From: Vulcanimicrobiota bacterium
Lineage (GTDB): Bacteria; Vulcanimicrobiota; Vulcanimicrobiia; Vulcanimicrobiales; Vulcanimicrobiaceae
DNA length: 64,000 bases
Direction of reading: 5' to 3'
Assembly: GCA_963733295.1 (NCBI GenBank)
Contig: CAVTCS010000003.1
Coordinates: forward strand, 2,368,001-2,432,000
Of this stretch, positions 21,528 through 31,758 are shown one piece after another. Made by a program: the position numbers and the translations under genes. Within the stretch, counting starts at the first letter, position 1, and each line of letters begins with the position of its first letter. Under the pieces are notes generated by a model that was not told where the DNA came from, searched no databases, and saw only the letters and a list, made by a program, of their open reading frames with translations.

Positions 21528-22685
21528 CTACGACGCTTTGACGAGACTCGGACCGCTCGCGCTCGCGGACCAGGCCAACGCCTTGCGTCCGCGCTCGGCT
21601 TTCACGAGCGCCGCTTCGATCGTCGGCGCAAGGACGGTGAAGTGTCCCATCTTGCGCCGTAGCGCGGCATGACGCTTCCCATAGAGATGCAGCTTCGCGT
21701 CGGGGTCGCTCAAGAGTTCGGCGATTCCGGTTAGATGATCGCCGGACCCCGTGCCGAGGATATTCTCCATGACGGCGGCCGCGAACATCTTCGGCGGCAC
21801 GAGCGGCAAGTCGCAAATCGCGCGTACGTGCGCTTCGTATTGCGAGATCTGCGAAGCGTCGAGGGAGTAGTGGCCGCTATTGTGAACCCGCGGCGCGATT
21901 TCGTTCACGAAAACTTCGTTCCCACTTACGAAGAACTCAACGCAATAGGCGCCCACGATTCCGAGTCGCGCGCCGATCGCCGTCGCCGTATCGCGGACCC
22001 GAAGCGCAACCGGCTCGGAAACGCGAGCGGGAACGATGGTCGTCGCCAGCACTCCGTGGTCGTGAACGTTCTCGGTCACCGGAAAGCTGACGATGGTGCC
22101 CGTCGCGTCGCGCACGCAAATGACCGAAACTTCGAGATCGAAAGGGACGAAGCTTTCGTAGATGAGCTCGGCTCCGCGCGCCGCCGCGAGCGCTTCGCGC
22201 GCTTCGTCCTCGCTGCGGACGATCCACTGACCCTTGCCGTCGTACCCACCGCGCGCAGTCTTGACGACCGCCGGCAAACCAACCTCTCGCAGCGCCACGG
22301 CCAAATCGCTCGTATCGCGCACGGCGACGAAGGGCGTCACGCTGAATCCGGCGTCGCGCACGAAGCTCTTTTCCAACAAACGATGTTGCGTGATGCGAAG
22401 CACATCGCTCGAGGGTCGAACGGTTCGGCCACCTTGCTCGAGCGCGAGCACCGATTCGAGCGGAATGTTCTCGAACTCGTACGTCACGACGTCGCTGCGC
22501 GCACCGAGCTCGCCGATCGCACGAAGGTCGTCGTACGCGGCGACGATCTGTTCGTCGGCCACCTGTCCGCACGGCGAATTTGGGAACGGTTCGAGCGTCA
22601 CGACTCGATAGCCCATCCGCTTCGCTTCGAGCGTCAGCATGCGCCCCAGCTGACCCCCTCCGAGGATGCCGATCGTTTCGATCAC
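21528..22685 (-). CDS. purK: N5-carboxyaminoimidazole ribonucleotide synthase
   Basis: Motifs [36 protein letters not shown] and RKMGH. Confidence 0.95.
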   Translation of the reverse strand: MIETIGILGGGQLGRMLTLEAKRMGYRVVTLEPFPNSPCGQVADEQIVAAYDDLRAIGELGARSDVVTYEFENIPLESVLALEQGGRTVRPSSDVLRITQHRLLEKSFVRDAGFSVTPFVAVRDTSDLAVALREVGLPAVVKTARGGYDGKGQWIVRSEDEAREALAAARGAELIYESFVPFDLEVSVICVRDATGTIVSFPVTENVHDHGVLATTIVPARVSEPVALRVRDTATAIGARLGIVGAYCVEFFVSGNEVFVNEIAPRVHNSGHYSLDASQISQYEAHVRAICDLPLVPPKMFAAAVMENILGTGSGDHLTGIAELLSDPDAKLHLYGKRHAALRRKMGHFTVLAPTIEAALVKAERGRKALAWSASASGPSLVKAS

Positions 22686-23161
22686 AGTTTGAGCGCCTCG
22701 ATCTGCGCCGCCGCGGCCGCACTGCGCTCGCGCAGGCGAACGAGCAACTCACCGTCTTCGAGCGCCAAAATTCGAGCGGCAAGGAGGGCGGCATTGGTCG
22801 CGTTGCCGACCGCCATTGCGGCGACCGGGACGCCGGAGGGCATCTGCACGATAGAGAGTAACGCGTCGAGCCCGTCGAGCGTTGCGCCGCGGACGGGCAC
22901 GCCGATAACCGGAAGCTGGGTTTTCGAGGCGGTCATCCCAGGAAGGTGGGCCGCGCCGCCCGCGCCGGCGATGATGACCTTCAGGCCGCGCGCCGCGGCC
23001 GTCGAGGCGTAGTCGAAAAGCAGATCGGGCGTGCGGTGGGCCGAAACGACGCGCATTTCGTGCGGAACGCCGAGTTCGGTAAGCGTGGTGGACGCGGCGC
23101 GCATCGTCTCGAGGTCCGATAGGCTCCCCATGATGATGCCGACCGTGGCGCTCCGTTCCAT
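22682..23161 (-). CDS. purE: N5-CAIR mutase
   Basis: Motifs [26 protein letters not shown] and [11 protein letters not shown]. Confidence 0.95.
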   Translation of the reverse strand: MERSATVGIIMGSLSDLETMRAASTTLTELGVPHEMRVVSAHRTPDLLFDYASTAAARGLKVIIAGAGGAAHLPGMTASKTQLPVIGVPVRGATLDGLDALLSIVQMPSGVPVAAMAVGNATNAALLAARILALEDGELLVRLRERSAAAAAQIEALKL

Positions 23162-23219
23162 GCCGTAGCCTTCGCTCGCTCCGGAGGGGCGACCTCGATT
23201 GCTCCGCAAAGCCGGGTCC

Positions 23220-24407
23220 ATGGCGCGCTTTCTACTCGGAGTGAACTACTGGCCGCGCACGAGCGCCATGGCGATGTGGTCGCGCTTCGATGCCGGCGAA
23301 GTCGATGCGGACTTCACGCACATTGCCGCGCTCGGACTCGACGTCGTTCGCTTCTTCCTGACGTGGGAAGCTTTTCAGCCCCGGCCCGACGACATATCGG
23401 AAGACACGCTGCAAAAATTCGAGACGCTCATCGAACGCGCCGCCGCTCACGGACTTCGCGTCATGCCGACCCTGTTCTGCGGACACATGAGCGGCATCAA
23501 CTGGATGCCGGAATGGACGCTCGAGACGCGCGAGGTCGACTCACGTTTCCGCACCGTCACGAGCAAAGGCGTCACTCGACGTGCGATCGCCGATTTCTAC
23601 ACCGGCGAACTGCTCGAAGCTCAACGCACGTTCGTTCGCGCTCTGGGCGAACGCGTTCGCGATCATCCCGCGATCTTGGTCTGGGATCTGGGGAACGAGT
23701 TCTCGAACATGCGCGCGCCGGCTTCGCCGCACGACGCCGAACACTGGAGTGCCGCGTTGGCGCACGATCTGTTCGAAAGCTCGAACCTTCCCGTGACGGG
23801 CGGCACTCACGGCGAGGACCTGAGCGAAGATCGCAACATTCGTCTGTCCTCGATTTGCGACCCCTGGAAATTCGCGACGATGCACGGATACGCCGCCTAT
23901 AGCGCGTTCGCCCGCAGCCCGGACGATCCCGAGGTCGTGCCCTTCCTGTTCGAATTAGCACAGACGTTTTCGCGCAAATGCGTGCTGTTTAGCGAATTCG
24001 GGAATCCGGCCTGTCCGCCGGGTTTGCGCGAAGTCGGGGGCGTCCCGTGCCTCGATGAGGAGGAGATGGCGAGCTACGCGCGCGCGGTCCTCGAGCGCTT
24101 ACATGCGCGCGGCGCACTCGGTGCCTTCTGGTGGTGCTGGACCGACTACGCAGCCGCCCTCGTCGCGACTCCTCCCTTCGACGAAGCGCCGCACGAATTG
24201 GCCTTCGGCGTCGTACGCAAAGACGGCAGCGAAAAGCCGGTTGCGAGAGTGCTCCGCGAATTCGCCCGCCAACGCAGACCGCTCATCGAACCCGCGCTCG
24301 GCCCGCGCATCGATGAAGCGCACTACTATGAATCGTTACCGGGTTCGCTCGACGCCGCGTACGCGCGACATTGCGAGCGTTACGACCCTAGCGCGGTGAA
24401 GCGATGA
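23220..24407 (+). CDS. Clan GH-A glycoside hydrolase (GH5-like)
   Basis: GVNYWP start, WDLGNE acid/base, SEFG nucleophile and WWCW motif. Confidence 0.8.
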   Translation: MARFLLGVNYWPRTSAMAMWSRFDAGEVDADFTHIAALGLDVVRFFLTWEAFQPRPDDISEDTLQKFETLIERAAAHGLRVMPTLFCGHMSGINWMPEWTLETREVDSRFRTVTSKGVTRRAIADFYTGELLEAQRTFVRALGERVRDHPAILVWDLGNEFSNMRAPASPHDAEHWSAALAHDLFESSNLPVTGGTHGEDLSEDRNIRLSSICDPWKFATMHGYAAYSAFARSPDDPEVVPFLFELAQTFSRKCVLFSEFGNPACPPGLREVGGVPCLDEEEMASYARAVLERLHARGALGAFWWCWTDYAAALVATPPFDEAPHELAFGVVRKDGSEKPVARVLREFARQRRPLIEPALGPRIDEAHYYESLPGSLDAAYARHCERYDPSAVKR

Positions 24408-24847
24408 GCCGGCGCAAGATCGCTTTCTTGAGCGATACGGCTTCGGAGGGCGCGCGCTCGGCACTCGCGGCACTCGAGGAGGCCGGATTCGAGGTTCACG
24501 CGATCGAGGTCGAACGCCCGGATGCGGCCGCGCGTTCGGTTCGCGACGCGCTGCGTCCGAAACGCGAAACGAGAGCGGACCCCGGCGCGGCACCCGCGTC
24601 GCTCGCGGCAACGCTCGCACCGCACGCCGAACGCATGCGCAAGCTGAATCTCTCGATCGCGTTCGTGGCGGGTCTCCTCGAGCCGGGCGCGACCCTCGAA
24701 GAGAGCGCGGTCGCGATGCGTTGGGCCGGTATGCCGAACAAGAACGAACGCGCCCTCACGCACGAGGTTCTCGAGGCGCTCGCCGATTCGGCGTTTCTCT
24801 CCCGCCTCGCTAGCGGTGCCTACCGCGTCGAGCGGCCGGCCGGTTAG
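24404..24847 (+). CDS. Hypothetical protein, C-terminus weakly DUF2087/winged-helix-like
   Basis: ATGA overlap with the GH gene; LEPGATLEE...LSRLASGAYRV pattern. Confidence 0.5.
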   Translation: MSRRKIAFLSDTASEGARSALAALEEAGFEVHAIEVERPDAAARSVRDALRPKRETRADPGAAPASLAATLAPHAERMRKLNLSIAFVAGLLEPGATLEESAVAMRWAGMPNKNERALTHEVLEALADSAFLSRLASGAYRVERPAG

Positions 24848-24868
24848 CGTCCCAACCGGGAACGCCGG

Positions 24869-25651
24869 CTACCAGTAGACCTCGTTCGTCTTGTCGGTCT
24901 TGTCGTATTTCCCGAAGATCTGCGGGTTGGCCGCGAACAGGTTGTTCAGATCGGCGATGCGCGCCGAACTGAAGGGATGTGAGCGCAGCCAGTACGAGCC
25001 GGTCTCACCGTACGTCTTGATCATCGTGTTGAAAAACCAGATCAACCCATAGGGATTGAATTCGTGGGTGGCAACGATGATGCGCGCCCCCTCTTCGTCG
25101 GCTTGGGCTTCGATGTGGCGCGAGAGGTTCGCGTCTTCGGCGGACTGCATTTGGCTCAAGGCGTACTCGGCGCCGAGTCCTCCGAGAGGGCCGAGGAGGA
25201 TCTGCGCGGGCAGGCTGAGGATCGTTCCGATCGTATTCGCGGTGTTCGCGTTCGCGATGCGCTTCGCAACGTGATGCAAGACCATGTGTCCGCTCTCGTG
25301 CGCCAGCACGCCGGCCAACTCGTCGCGGTTGGCGGCAATGCGCAAGAGCGGCTCGTTGACGTAGATGTGGCCGCCGGGGACGGAAAATGCGTTCGCCGAG
25401 TCACCTTTGACGATATGGAACTGGATCGGGTAGGGGTAGCGGTCCTTGACCGCCAGGGCCACGACGGAACCAACCTCGTTCAAGTGTTCGTAATACGGTG
25501 AATCGAAGAGCAGATCTCCGTCATCACGCATTTGGTTGAACACTTCGTGGCCGAGCGAGCCTTCGTCGAGCGCGAGGACCGGCGCGACGTGCACGAGTTG
25601 CGTGACGCCGACCGCTCCGGCCAAGCTTCGAACGAAGGATTTACGCCGCAT
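24869..25651 (-). CDS. M48 family metallopeptidase with Tat leader
   Basis: MRRKSF leader, NAFSVPGG, LAHESGH (HExxH), EAQAD and SHP. Confidence 0.88.
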   Translation of the reverse strand: MRRKSFVRSLAGAVGVTQLVHVAPVLALDEGSLGHEVFNQMRDDGDLLFDSPYYEHLNEVGSVVALAVKDRYPYPIQFHIVKGDSANAFSVPGGHIYVNEPLLRIAANRDELAGVLAHESGHMVLHHVAKRIANANTANTIGTILSLPAQILLGPLGGLGAEYALSQMQSAEDANLSRHIEAQADEEGARIIVATHEFNPYGLIWFFNTMIKTYGETGSYWLRSHPFSSARIADLNNLFAANPQIFGKYDKTDKTNEVYW

Positions 25652-25690
25652 CGCATGACCCCGGGATTGCCGCTGAAAGGAAATATTTCA

Positions 25691-27547
25691 ATGACCGGAC
25701 GCTGCGGCCTTTCAGTCGCGTTTTCTGGGACGTTGCTGGCAATCGCGTTGAGCGCGTCCCCGCCGGCCCAAGCGGCGCCGTCGATCTTTTCGTTGCCTCC
25801 GGCGCTCCTGGCCGGTTATTCGCGCACGTTCCGGCTCGACACCGCGCTTAAGATCCATCTCTCCGTCGAACTCGAACCGCGGGACCAGCAGCTCGATACG
25901 ACGGTCTTTGCGATGCAAGATCCGGGTTCGACGACGCACCACAGCACGATAACGGCGGCGCAGTTCGCGGCCCGCTACGGTCGCGACTCGAACGAAATCG
26001 CGACGCTGGTCCAGTGGTTCTCCTCGCATGGAGCAACGAATGTTTACGCTTCGAGCAACCGGCTGGTCGTGGGCGGCGATTTTACCGTCTCGCAGGCGGA
26101 GAAAGCGCTAAAAACGCGCTACGACCTCTGGCAGCAGGACGGACGGACCGTTGTTGCGCCGATCGGTCCCGTGGCGTTGCCCGTCTCGGGCGTGCGAGCC
26201 GTACGGGGCGCGATCAAAGCCTATACGCCGCGCTTGGCCCAGGTCGAAACCCCGAGTCCGCCGACCACATTGCGCGGACAGTGGTTCAGCGCCGCTCGCT
26301 TCCGGCAAGCCTACGACGCGATTCCGGGCGGCGGCGCCGGGATGCGCATCGTGTTGATCGAGGATTCCTCGGATCGCATGCAGCTTGCCGACCTCGCCGA
26401 GTTCGCGCGAGGCGATCGGGAAACGCTGGCACCGCTCGACGTCGAAAGCGGCGGCACGCACCGGCCACCCGCGGGCAGGCCCACGTTTGCGGCCGAGCCG
26501 CCGGCTCCGCCGCCGATGCTTTTGGACGCGTCGCACGTTAGCGAAAAGTCGATCACGGCACCGAATAACGAACAAGTCTGCGGGCGCGACGATCGCGGTC
26601 AAGAGCCGACGATGGACGTCGATGCCGCCCTCACGATGGCACCGCTCGCGACGATCGAAGTTCGTTACGACGAGGTCTGCCTGCGCGGCGGCGAAGGAAC
26701 GCTCGAGTTGCAGCGCGCGCTCGATGAGGAACCTGCTCCCGACGTTCTCGTCTTCCCCTTCGCGGTCGCGCCGCTCTACGATCGGCTCGAAGCGAGTTTC
26801 GGTCCGACGCCCATCGCGTATCTCGAGGCGGCGCTGCGCGGGATTCCGATCGTCGTGCCCTCCGGCGACGACGGTGCGCTCGGCATCCGCGTGTTGGGAG
26901 TCAATCAACCGGCGGTCGTTTATCCGTGCGTCCTGCCGATCGTCATTTGCGCCGGTGGAACGTCGCTGGGCGAGCGTTTAGGTCAGTACGACGAAGGACC
27001 TTGGAACGACGGCACGCACGCCTCGGGTGGCGGCATCTCGCTCGAACCGAGGCCGCGTTGGCAAACCGCGCCGATGGACTTTGCACTGGCCAACGAGGTC
27101 GAGAACCGCATGGTGCCCGACGTCTCGGCCGACGCGGCCGGTCACCTCTACGTTTTCTGGCACGGTTACGGCGAAGGTGGGGTCGGCGGCACGAGCGAGT
27201 CGGCGGCGATCGTCGGCGCACAACTCGCCGCGATCGACGCGCCGCTCCCGAAGGAAAAGCGCTTGGTCTCCGCCGGCGATCTCTACGCGCTCGCTCGCGC
27301 GCATCCCGAAGCCTTTCGCGACGTCGTCGACGCGAACGATCGCGGTTACGTCGACAACACGCTCCATCCGCGCAATCTCCCGCCGCCGCTCGGTTTCGTC
27401 GGGGTCGTTCCCTCGCCGCCGCCGACTGTCAAAGGCTGCGTGCCGGTACGGCCCAACGGATGCGACGTGGCGCCGTTGTACGATCTGGTTACCGGCATCG
27501 GTTCGCTGAAGGAGGCGACAGCCCTCAAAGCTCTGCAGTCGCAGTAG
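25691..27547 (+). CDS. S53 (sedolisin/kumamolisin-like) peptidase with prodomain
   Basis: Signal peptide and prodomain, EPTMD (ExxxD), SGDDG, VPDVS, GGTS and YDLVTGIGS. Confidence 0.8.
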   Translation: MTGRCGLSVAFSGTLLAIALSASPPAQAAPSIFSLPPALLAGYSRTFRLDTALKIHLSVELEPRDQQLDTTVFAMQDPGSTTHHSTITAAQFAARYGRDSNEIATLVQWFSSHGATNVYASSNRLVVGGDFTVSQAEKALKTRYDLWQQDGRTVVAPIGPVALPVSGVRAVRGAIKAYTPRLAQVETPSPPTTLRGQWFSAARFRQAYDAIPGGGAGMRIVLIEDSSDRMQLADLAEFARGDRETLAPLDVESGGTHRPPAGRPTFAAEPPAPPPMLLDASHVSEKSITAPNNEQVCGRDDRGQEPTMDVDAALTMAPLATIEVRYDEVCLRGGEGTLELQRALDEEPAPDVLVFPFAVAPLYDRLEASFGPTPIAYLEAALRGIPIVVPSGDDGALGIRVLGVNQPAVVYPCVLPIVICAGGTSLGERLGQYDEGPWNDGTHASGGGISLEPRPRWQTAPMDFALANEVENRMVPDVSADAAGHLYVFWHGYGEGGVGGTSESAAIVGAQLAAIDAPLPKEKRLVSAGDLYALARAHPEAFRDVVDANDRGYVDNTLHPRNLPPPLGFVGVVPSPPPTVKGCVPVRPNGCDVAPLYDLVTGIGSLKEATALKALQSQ

Positions 27548-27554
27548 TTCTCGC

Positions 27555-28400
27555 TCAGCGTAACGCGGGCGGGAGACGTCCCGGCCTCCGGCGCAGCCGC
27601 CCAACGAACATCGTTACGAAGAACGTGGCGGTCGCGAGCAGCACGATCGTTGCCCCGCTCGCGGCCTGGAGGTAGTACGAAACGTAGAGACCGAGCACCG
27701 CGCAAGCGGCGCCGATCGCCGCCGAGAGCGCGAGCATGCGCGTGAAGCGACGCGTCAGCTGGTAGGCGCTGGCCGCCGGCGTCACGAGCAGCGCCGCGAC
27801 CAAGACGATGCCGACCGTCTCGAGCGAAATGATGATCGTCAGCGCCAAGAGCACGAGCAGAGCGTACGAAACGAATCCTGCATTGATCCCGCTCGCCTCG
27901 GCGACGATCGGATCGAACGACGTATAGAGCAGCGGCCGGTAGAGCAAGACCAGACTGACGACGACGAGTGCGGCCAATCCGACGATCAATGTGAGATCGC
28001 CCCGCGAAACGGCGAGGATGTTCCCGAACAGAAAACTCTGCAGATCGACTGCGTAGTTTTGAAGGCGGCTCATCATGAAGACACCCAGCGCGAACGCGCC
28101 GGTGAAGAGCACGCCGATCGCCGTATCGAGCGAGACGTTCCCGCGCCGGTTGACGAAGCCGATCCCGAGAGCGGTGACGATCGCGACGATCGCCGCGCCG
28201 ACGTAGTAGTCGAGGCCGCGAATGTAAGCGACCACGACCCCCGCAAACGAGGCGTGCGCGATCCCGTCGCCGATGAACGCAAGCTTACGCAGGACGACGT
28301 AAACGCCGATCGTCGAGCACAGCGTTCCGACGATCAACGCTGCGAGGAAAGCCCGTTGCATGTATTCGAACTGAAAAGGAGCGAGAATCAGATCGCTCAC
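27555..28400 (-). CDS. znuB: Zn/Mn ABC transporter permease (ZnuB-like)
   Basis: Motifs GDGIAHASFAG, FLFGNIL and LLVTPAASA. Confidence 0.88.
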   Translation of the reverse strand: MSDLILAPFQFEYMQRAFLAALIVGTLCSTIGVYVVLRKLAFIGDGIAHASFAGVVVAYIRGLDYYVGAAIVAIVTALGIGFVNRRGNVSLDTAIGVLFTGAFALGVFMMSRLQNYAVDLQSFLFGNILAVSRGDLTLIVGLAALVVVSLVLLYRPLLYTSFDPIVAEASGINAGFVSYALLVLLALTIIISLETVGIVLVAALLVTPAASAYQLTRRFTRMLALSAAIGAACAVLGLYVSYYLQAASGATIVLLATATFFVTMFVGRLRRRPGRLPPALR

Positions 28401-29131
28401 CGCCGGTGCCCGTGCGTGTGCGTGTGCTCGCGAATTCCCGCGTAAGCACCCGAAGCGAGGACCGTTTCCGGGTCGCCTTCCGCTAGGACCTTACGGTCGA
28501 CGACCATCAGCCGGTCGAACCAACTCGCCGCGCGTTCGAGATCGTGAGTCGTCATCAATACCGGCAAGCCCTGCGCCACCAGTCCGCGTATGAGTTCGCG
28601 CAGGGCATCCTCGGTTGCCGCGTCGACGCCGGTCGTCGGTTCGTCGAGCAGCAAGAGTCGTGGCTCCTGTGCGATCGCGCGCGCGACGAAGGCCCGCTGC
28701 TGCTGGCCGCCGGAAAGGCGCGAGATGTGACGATCGCGCAGATCCCACATGCGCAACGCCTCGAGTGCCGATTTCACCGCAGCGCGATCCTGTTTTGAAA
28801 AACGCGCGAGGGGTCCCATGCGCGGAAAGCGGCCCATCGCGACGACGTCGGCGACCGAGGCCGGGAACGACCAATCGACGGCTTCGACCTGGGGCACGTA
28901 GGCGATCGTTCCGGGTTCGAGCGCGCGCGGCGATGTACCGAATACTTCGAGAATCCCGCTGGCAGGCGCCACGAGGCCCGCGACCGTCTTCAACAGAGTC
29001 GATTTTCCCGAGCCGTTCGGGCCGACGATGCCGAGGGCTTGCCCCGTCTCGAGCGTGAGGTCGAGTTTGTCGAGCGCCGTGACGTCGCCGTAGCGAACGG
29101 TCAATTCGCGGATGCGGACGGCGATGCTCAC
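28397..29131 (-). CDS. znuC: Zn/Mn ABC transporter ATPase (ZnuC-like)
   Basis: Motifs GPNGSGKST, YVPQ, LSGGQQQR and LLDEP, plus a His-rich tail EHTHTHGH. Confidence 0.88.
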   Translation of the reverse strand: MSIAVRIRELTVRYGDVTALDKLDLTLETGQALGIVGPNGSGKSTLLKTVAGLVAPASGILEVFGTSPRALEPGTIAYVPQVEAVDWSFPASVADVVAMGRFPRMGPLARFSKQDRAAVKSALEALRMWDLRDRHISRLSGGQQQRAFVARAIAQEPRLLLLDEPTTGVDAATEDALRELIRGLVAQGLPVLMTTHDLERAASWFDRLMVVDRKVLAEGDPETVLASGAYAGIREHTHTHGHRR

Positions 29132-30018
29132 GGCCGTCCACCGAGCGCGTTCACGATCGTCTCGGTGTCGTAACGCAGCATGCTCTCGTAGTCGTGCACG
29201 CGTGGATCGCTTCCCACGGAATCGTCGTAGAGATCCTGTACCGTCTTGATGCCTGCGCTTTCGGCAAGCGCTTGCGCGAGCTTCGGGCTGTACTCGGGCT
29301 CGGCAAAGACCGCCTTGACGTGATTGGCGCGCGCCAATTGAACCAAGTCCGAAATATATTTCGGATTCGGTTCCTGTCCCGGGGAGAGCTCGATGACGCC
29401 GACCGTCTTGATTCCGAAGCGGTCGTTATAGTATTGCCAAGCGTTGTGAAAGACGATCATCGCGCGCGAGGGCGGAGGAATCGTATCGATGCGCGTACGG
29501 ATATCGCGTTCGAGCGTAACCAGCTTCGCGTCCTCCGCCGCGGCATTGCGCCCGAAGAGCGCGCGGTCGGCCGGATCCCGAGCGACGAGCGCGTCGCGCA
29601 TTTTGCGCACGTACGCTCGCGCGAGTTCGGGATCCATCCAAAGGTGTGGGTTCGAATCGACGTGCGGCAGGCCGTCGCTCAGAACGGTTATGCGAAGGTT
29701 CGGGTTCTTCGCGTTGTCGATCGTGCGCGCGAGCCAGGCCTCGAGGCCAAGGCCGTTCTCGAAGAGGACGTTCGCGGCGTGAAGTCGCGCGATGTCCGAG
29801 GGTGTCGGCTGATAGTCTTCGGGAGAGGCACCGACCGGCACCAAGGAGGTAACCGCCACGCGGTTTCCGCCGACCGCCTGCGCGAGCGAGACAAACGTGG
29901 TGATCGTGGTCAGCACGTTGATGGGAGCTGCATCTGCGACTGCGGGCGCAGCGCCGCGCAGGACGGCTACGCCGGCCAGCACCGTCAGCGCGGCGCTAAA
30001 TTTGCAAATGATTCCCAT
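29128..30018 (-). CDS. znuA: Zn/Mn ABC transporter substrate-binding protein (ZnuA/TroA-like)
   Basis: Motifs ENGLGLE, NPHLWMDP, VFHNAWQY and EP. The start codon is uncertain. Confidence 0.87.
   Translation of the reverse strand: MGIICKFSAALTVLAGVAVLRGAAPAVADAAPINVLTTITTFVSLAQAVGGNRVAVTSLVPVGASPEDYQPTPSDIARLHAANVLFENGLGLEAWLARTIDNAKNPNLRITVLSDGLPHVDSNPHLWMDPELARAYVRKMRDALVARDPADRALFGRNAAAEDAKLVTLERDIRTRIDTIPPPSRAMIVFHNAWQYYNDRFGIKTVGVIELSPGQEPNPKYISDLVQLARANHVKAVFAEPEYSPKLAQALAESAGIKTVQDLYDDSVGSDPRVHDYESMLRYDTETIVNALGGRP
30003..30017. promoter_or_regulatory. Putative Fur-family (Zur-like) 7-1-7 operator
   Basis: TGCAAAT-G-ATTCCCA is an AT-rich imperfect palindrome (5/7 arm match) at the 5' end of the znuA-like gene. 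Confidence 0.5.
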
Positions 30019-30162
30019 ATTTCCGTGGGTGCGCGCAGCGCCGCACCGTTCCCTGCAATTTTGCGCGAGAAACGAACATCCGCGTCGGCATAGCGCACGT
30101 TACATGGATAGTCGAAGGGGCATCCAAGAAGTCGACGTTCCAATCCGTTTCGAGAGGCGGCC

Positions 30163-31758
30163 ATGACCTCGTTGATCCGGTTCCTCCGCGTTTTCGGCGT
30201 CGCCGGTTTCATGCTCGGCCTTTGTACGGTCGCGGTACCCGCTCACCCGCTCGGGAATTTCACGATCAATCACCTCAGCAAAGTGCGAGTCACTCCACGC
30301 ACGATTGAGGTGCGTTACGTTCTTGACATAGCGGAGATTCCGACGTACCAACTCATGCGTGAGTACGCTTCGAACGGGCGCATGTCGCAAGCCCAAATGG
30401 CCGCATGGGCGACGAAGCAGGCGGCGTTGTTCGCAAAGGACTTGCACCTCACGATCGATGGGCGGCCCGTTGCGCTCGGCACGCTTGGCGCACGGGCGCA
30501 TGCCAGGCCGGGAGCCGGCGGCTTGCCGATTCTCTATTTGCAGGCGGACTACCACGCGAGCGTTTCGCTTGGGAGCGGCACGCGCGAGCTACGCTTCGAA
30601 GACGCGACGTATCCGGGACGCCTCGGATGGAAAGACGCGATCCTCGCACCGCCGCAAACCGAGCCGACGCACGAATTGCTGTCGTACCCCAATGCGCTAC
30701 TCGGGTCTCCGCGCAACGTTACGTCCTTCGAGGCGCGACTCGGGCCGGCTGGGATCGTCGCCGTCGTCCCGCCGCCAACTGCCCTCGCAGCGCCCGCCGC
30801 ACCTTCGGCCGCGCGCTCGAATCAACTTTCGGATATGCTCGCACGCGGGACGGGCGATCGTGCTTTCGTGTTGCTGACGTTTCTCGCCGCGATCGTCCTC
30901 GGCGCCCTTCACGCACTCGAGCCCGGGCACGGAAAAACGCTGCTCGCCGTCTCGCTGGTCGGCGCGCGCGCGACCGTTCGACAAGCGGGAATCCTGGCGG
31001 CCGCGCTGACCATCGCGCACACTGCAGGCGTCATCGCGCTGGGGCTCGCGATCAACCTTTTCAAGAGCTACTTCGTCCCCGAGACGATCTACCCGTGGAT
31101 AACGCTCCTCTCGGGAGTCGCGATTGCGATCATCGGAGGGCGCGCGGTCCAGCGCCAGCTGCGTCTGCAACAGCCGGTGGTCCACGTCCACGCCCACGAG
31201 CACGCTGGAACGCACCTCCACGAACACGATCACGTTCACTACGTGCACGCTCGTCCACACGGTCACGAGGATCGGAGCGGACACGTTCATCCGCACGACG
31301 ATCTGGAGCACGCGCGAGCGCACGCACTCCCGGGGTCGGCGCCCTTGAAGTTCGGCCCGACGGTTCTCGCGGCGATGAGCGGGGGCATCGCCCCGTGCCC
31401 CGCGGCACTCGTCGTCCTGCTCGCAGCCGTTGCCTTGAATCAGGTCCTTTACGGAGTCTTCGTCATCGTGGCGTTCAGTTTCGGGCTCGCGGCGACGCTC
31501 ACCGGACTCGGGATCGCAGTCGTCCGCGGCACGGCCTGGCTCCGCGGCCGCCCTGAATTGGAGCGCTTCGTGCGCTACGGCCCGCTACTCTCCGCAATCG
31601 TCATCGCAACGATCGGCGCGTTCATGGTCGGACAAGGCTTCGCGCAAGAAGGCCTCGCCGCTTCGCCGCTCCTCATCACGGCCTTGACCGTGCTCGCGAT
31701 CGCCGGCTTTGCGTTTTCCCACCCGTTCTCCGGGCACCGGGAAGTGGAGCACGCATGA
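30163..31758 (+). CDS. RcnA/NicO-like Ni/Co transporter with N-terminal extracytoplasmic domain and His-rich loop
   Basis: Signal peptide then HPLGNF, HALEPGHGK, a long His-rich loop and PCPAAL. Confidence 0.85.
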   Translation: MTSLIRFLRVFGVAGFMLGLCTVAVPAHPLGNFTINHLSKVRVTPRTIEVRYVLDIAEIPTYQLMREYASNGRMSQAQMAAWATKQAALFAKDLHLTIDGRPVALGTLGARAHARPGAGGLPILYLQADYHASVSLGSGTRELRFEDATYPGRLGWKDAILAPPQTEPTHELLSYPNALLGSPRNVTSFEARLGPAGIVAVVPPPTALAAPAAPSAARSNQLSDMLARGTGDRAFVLLTFLAAIVLGALHALEPGHGKTLLAVSLVGARATVRQAGILAAALTIAHTAGVIALGLAINLFKSYFVPETIYPWITLLSGVAIAIIGGRAVQRQLRLQQPVVHVHAHEHAGTHLHEHDHVHYVHARPHGHEDRSGHVHPHDDLEHARAHALPGSAPLKFGPTVLAAMSGGIAPCPAALVVLLAAVALNQVLYGVFVIVAFSFGLAATLTGLGIAVVRGTAWLRGRPELERFVRYGPLLSAIVIATIGAFMVGQGFAQEGLAASPLLITALTVLAIAGFAFSHPFSGHREVEHA

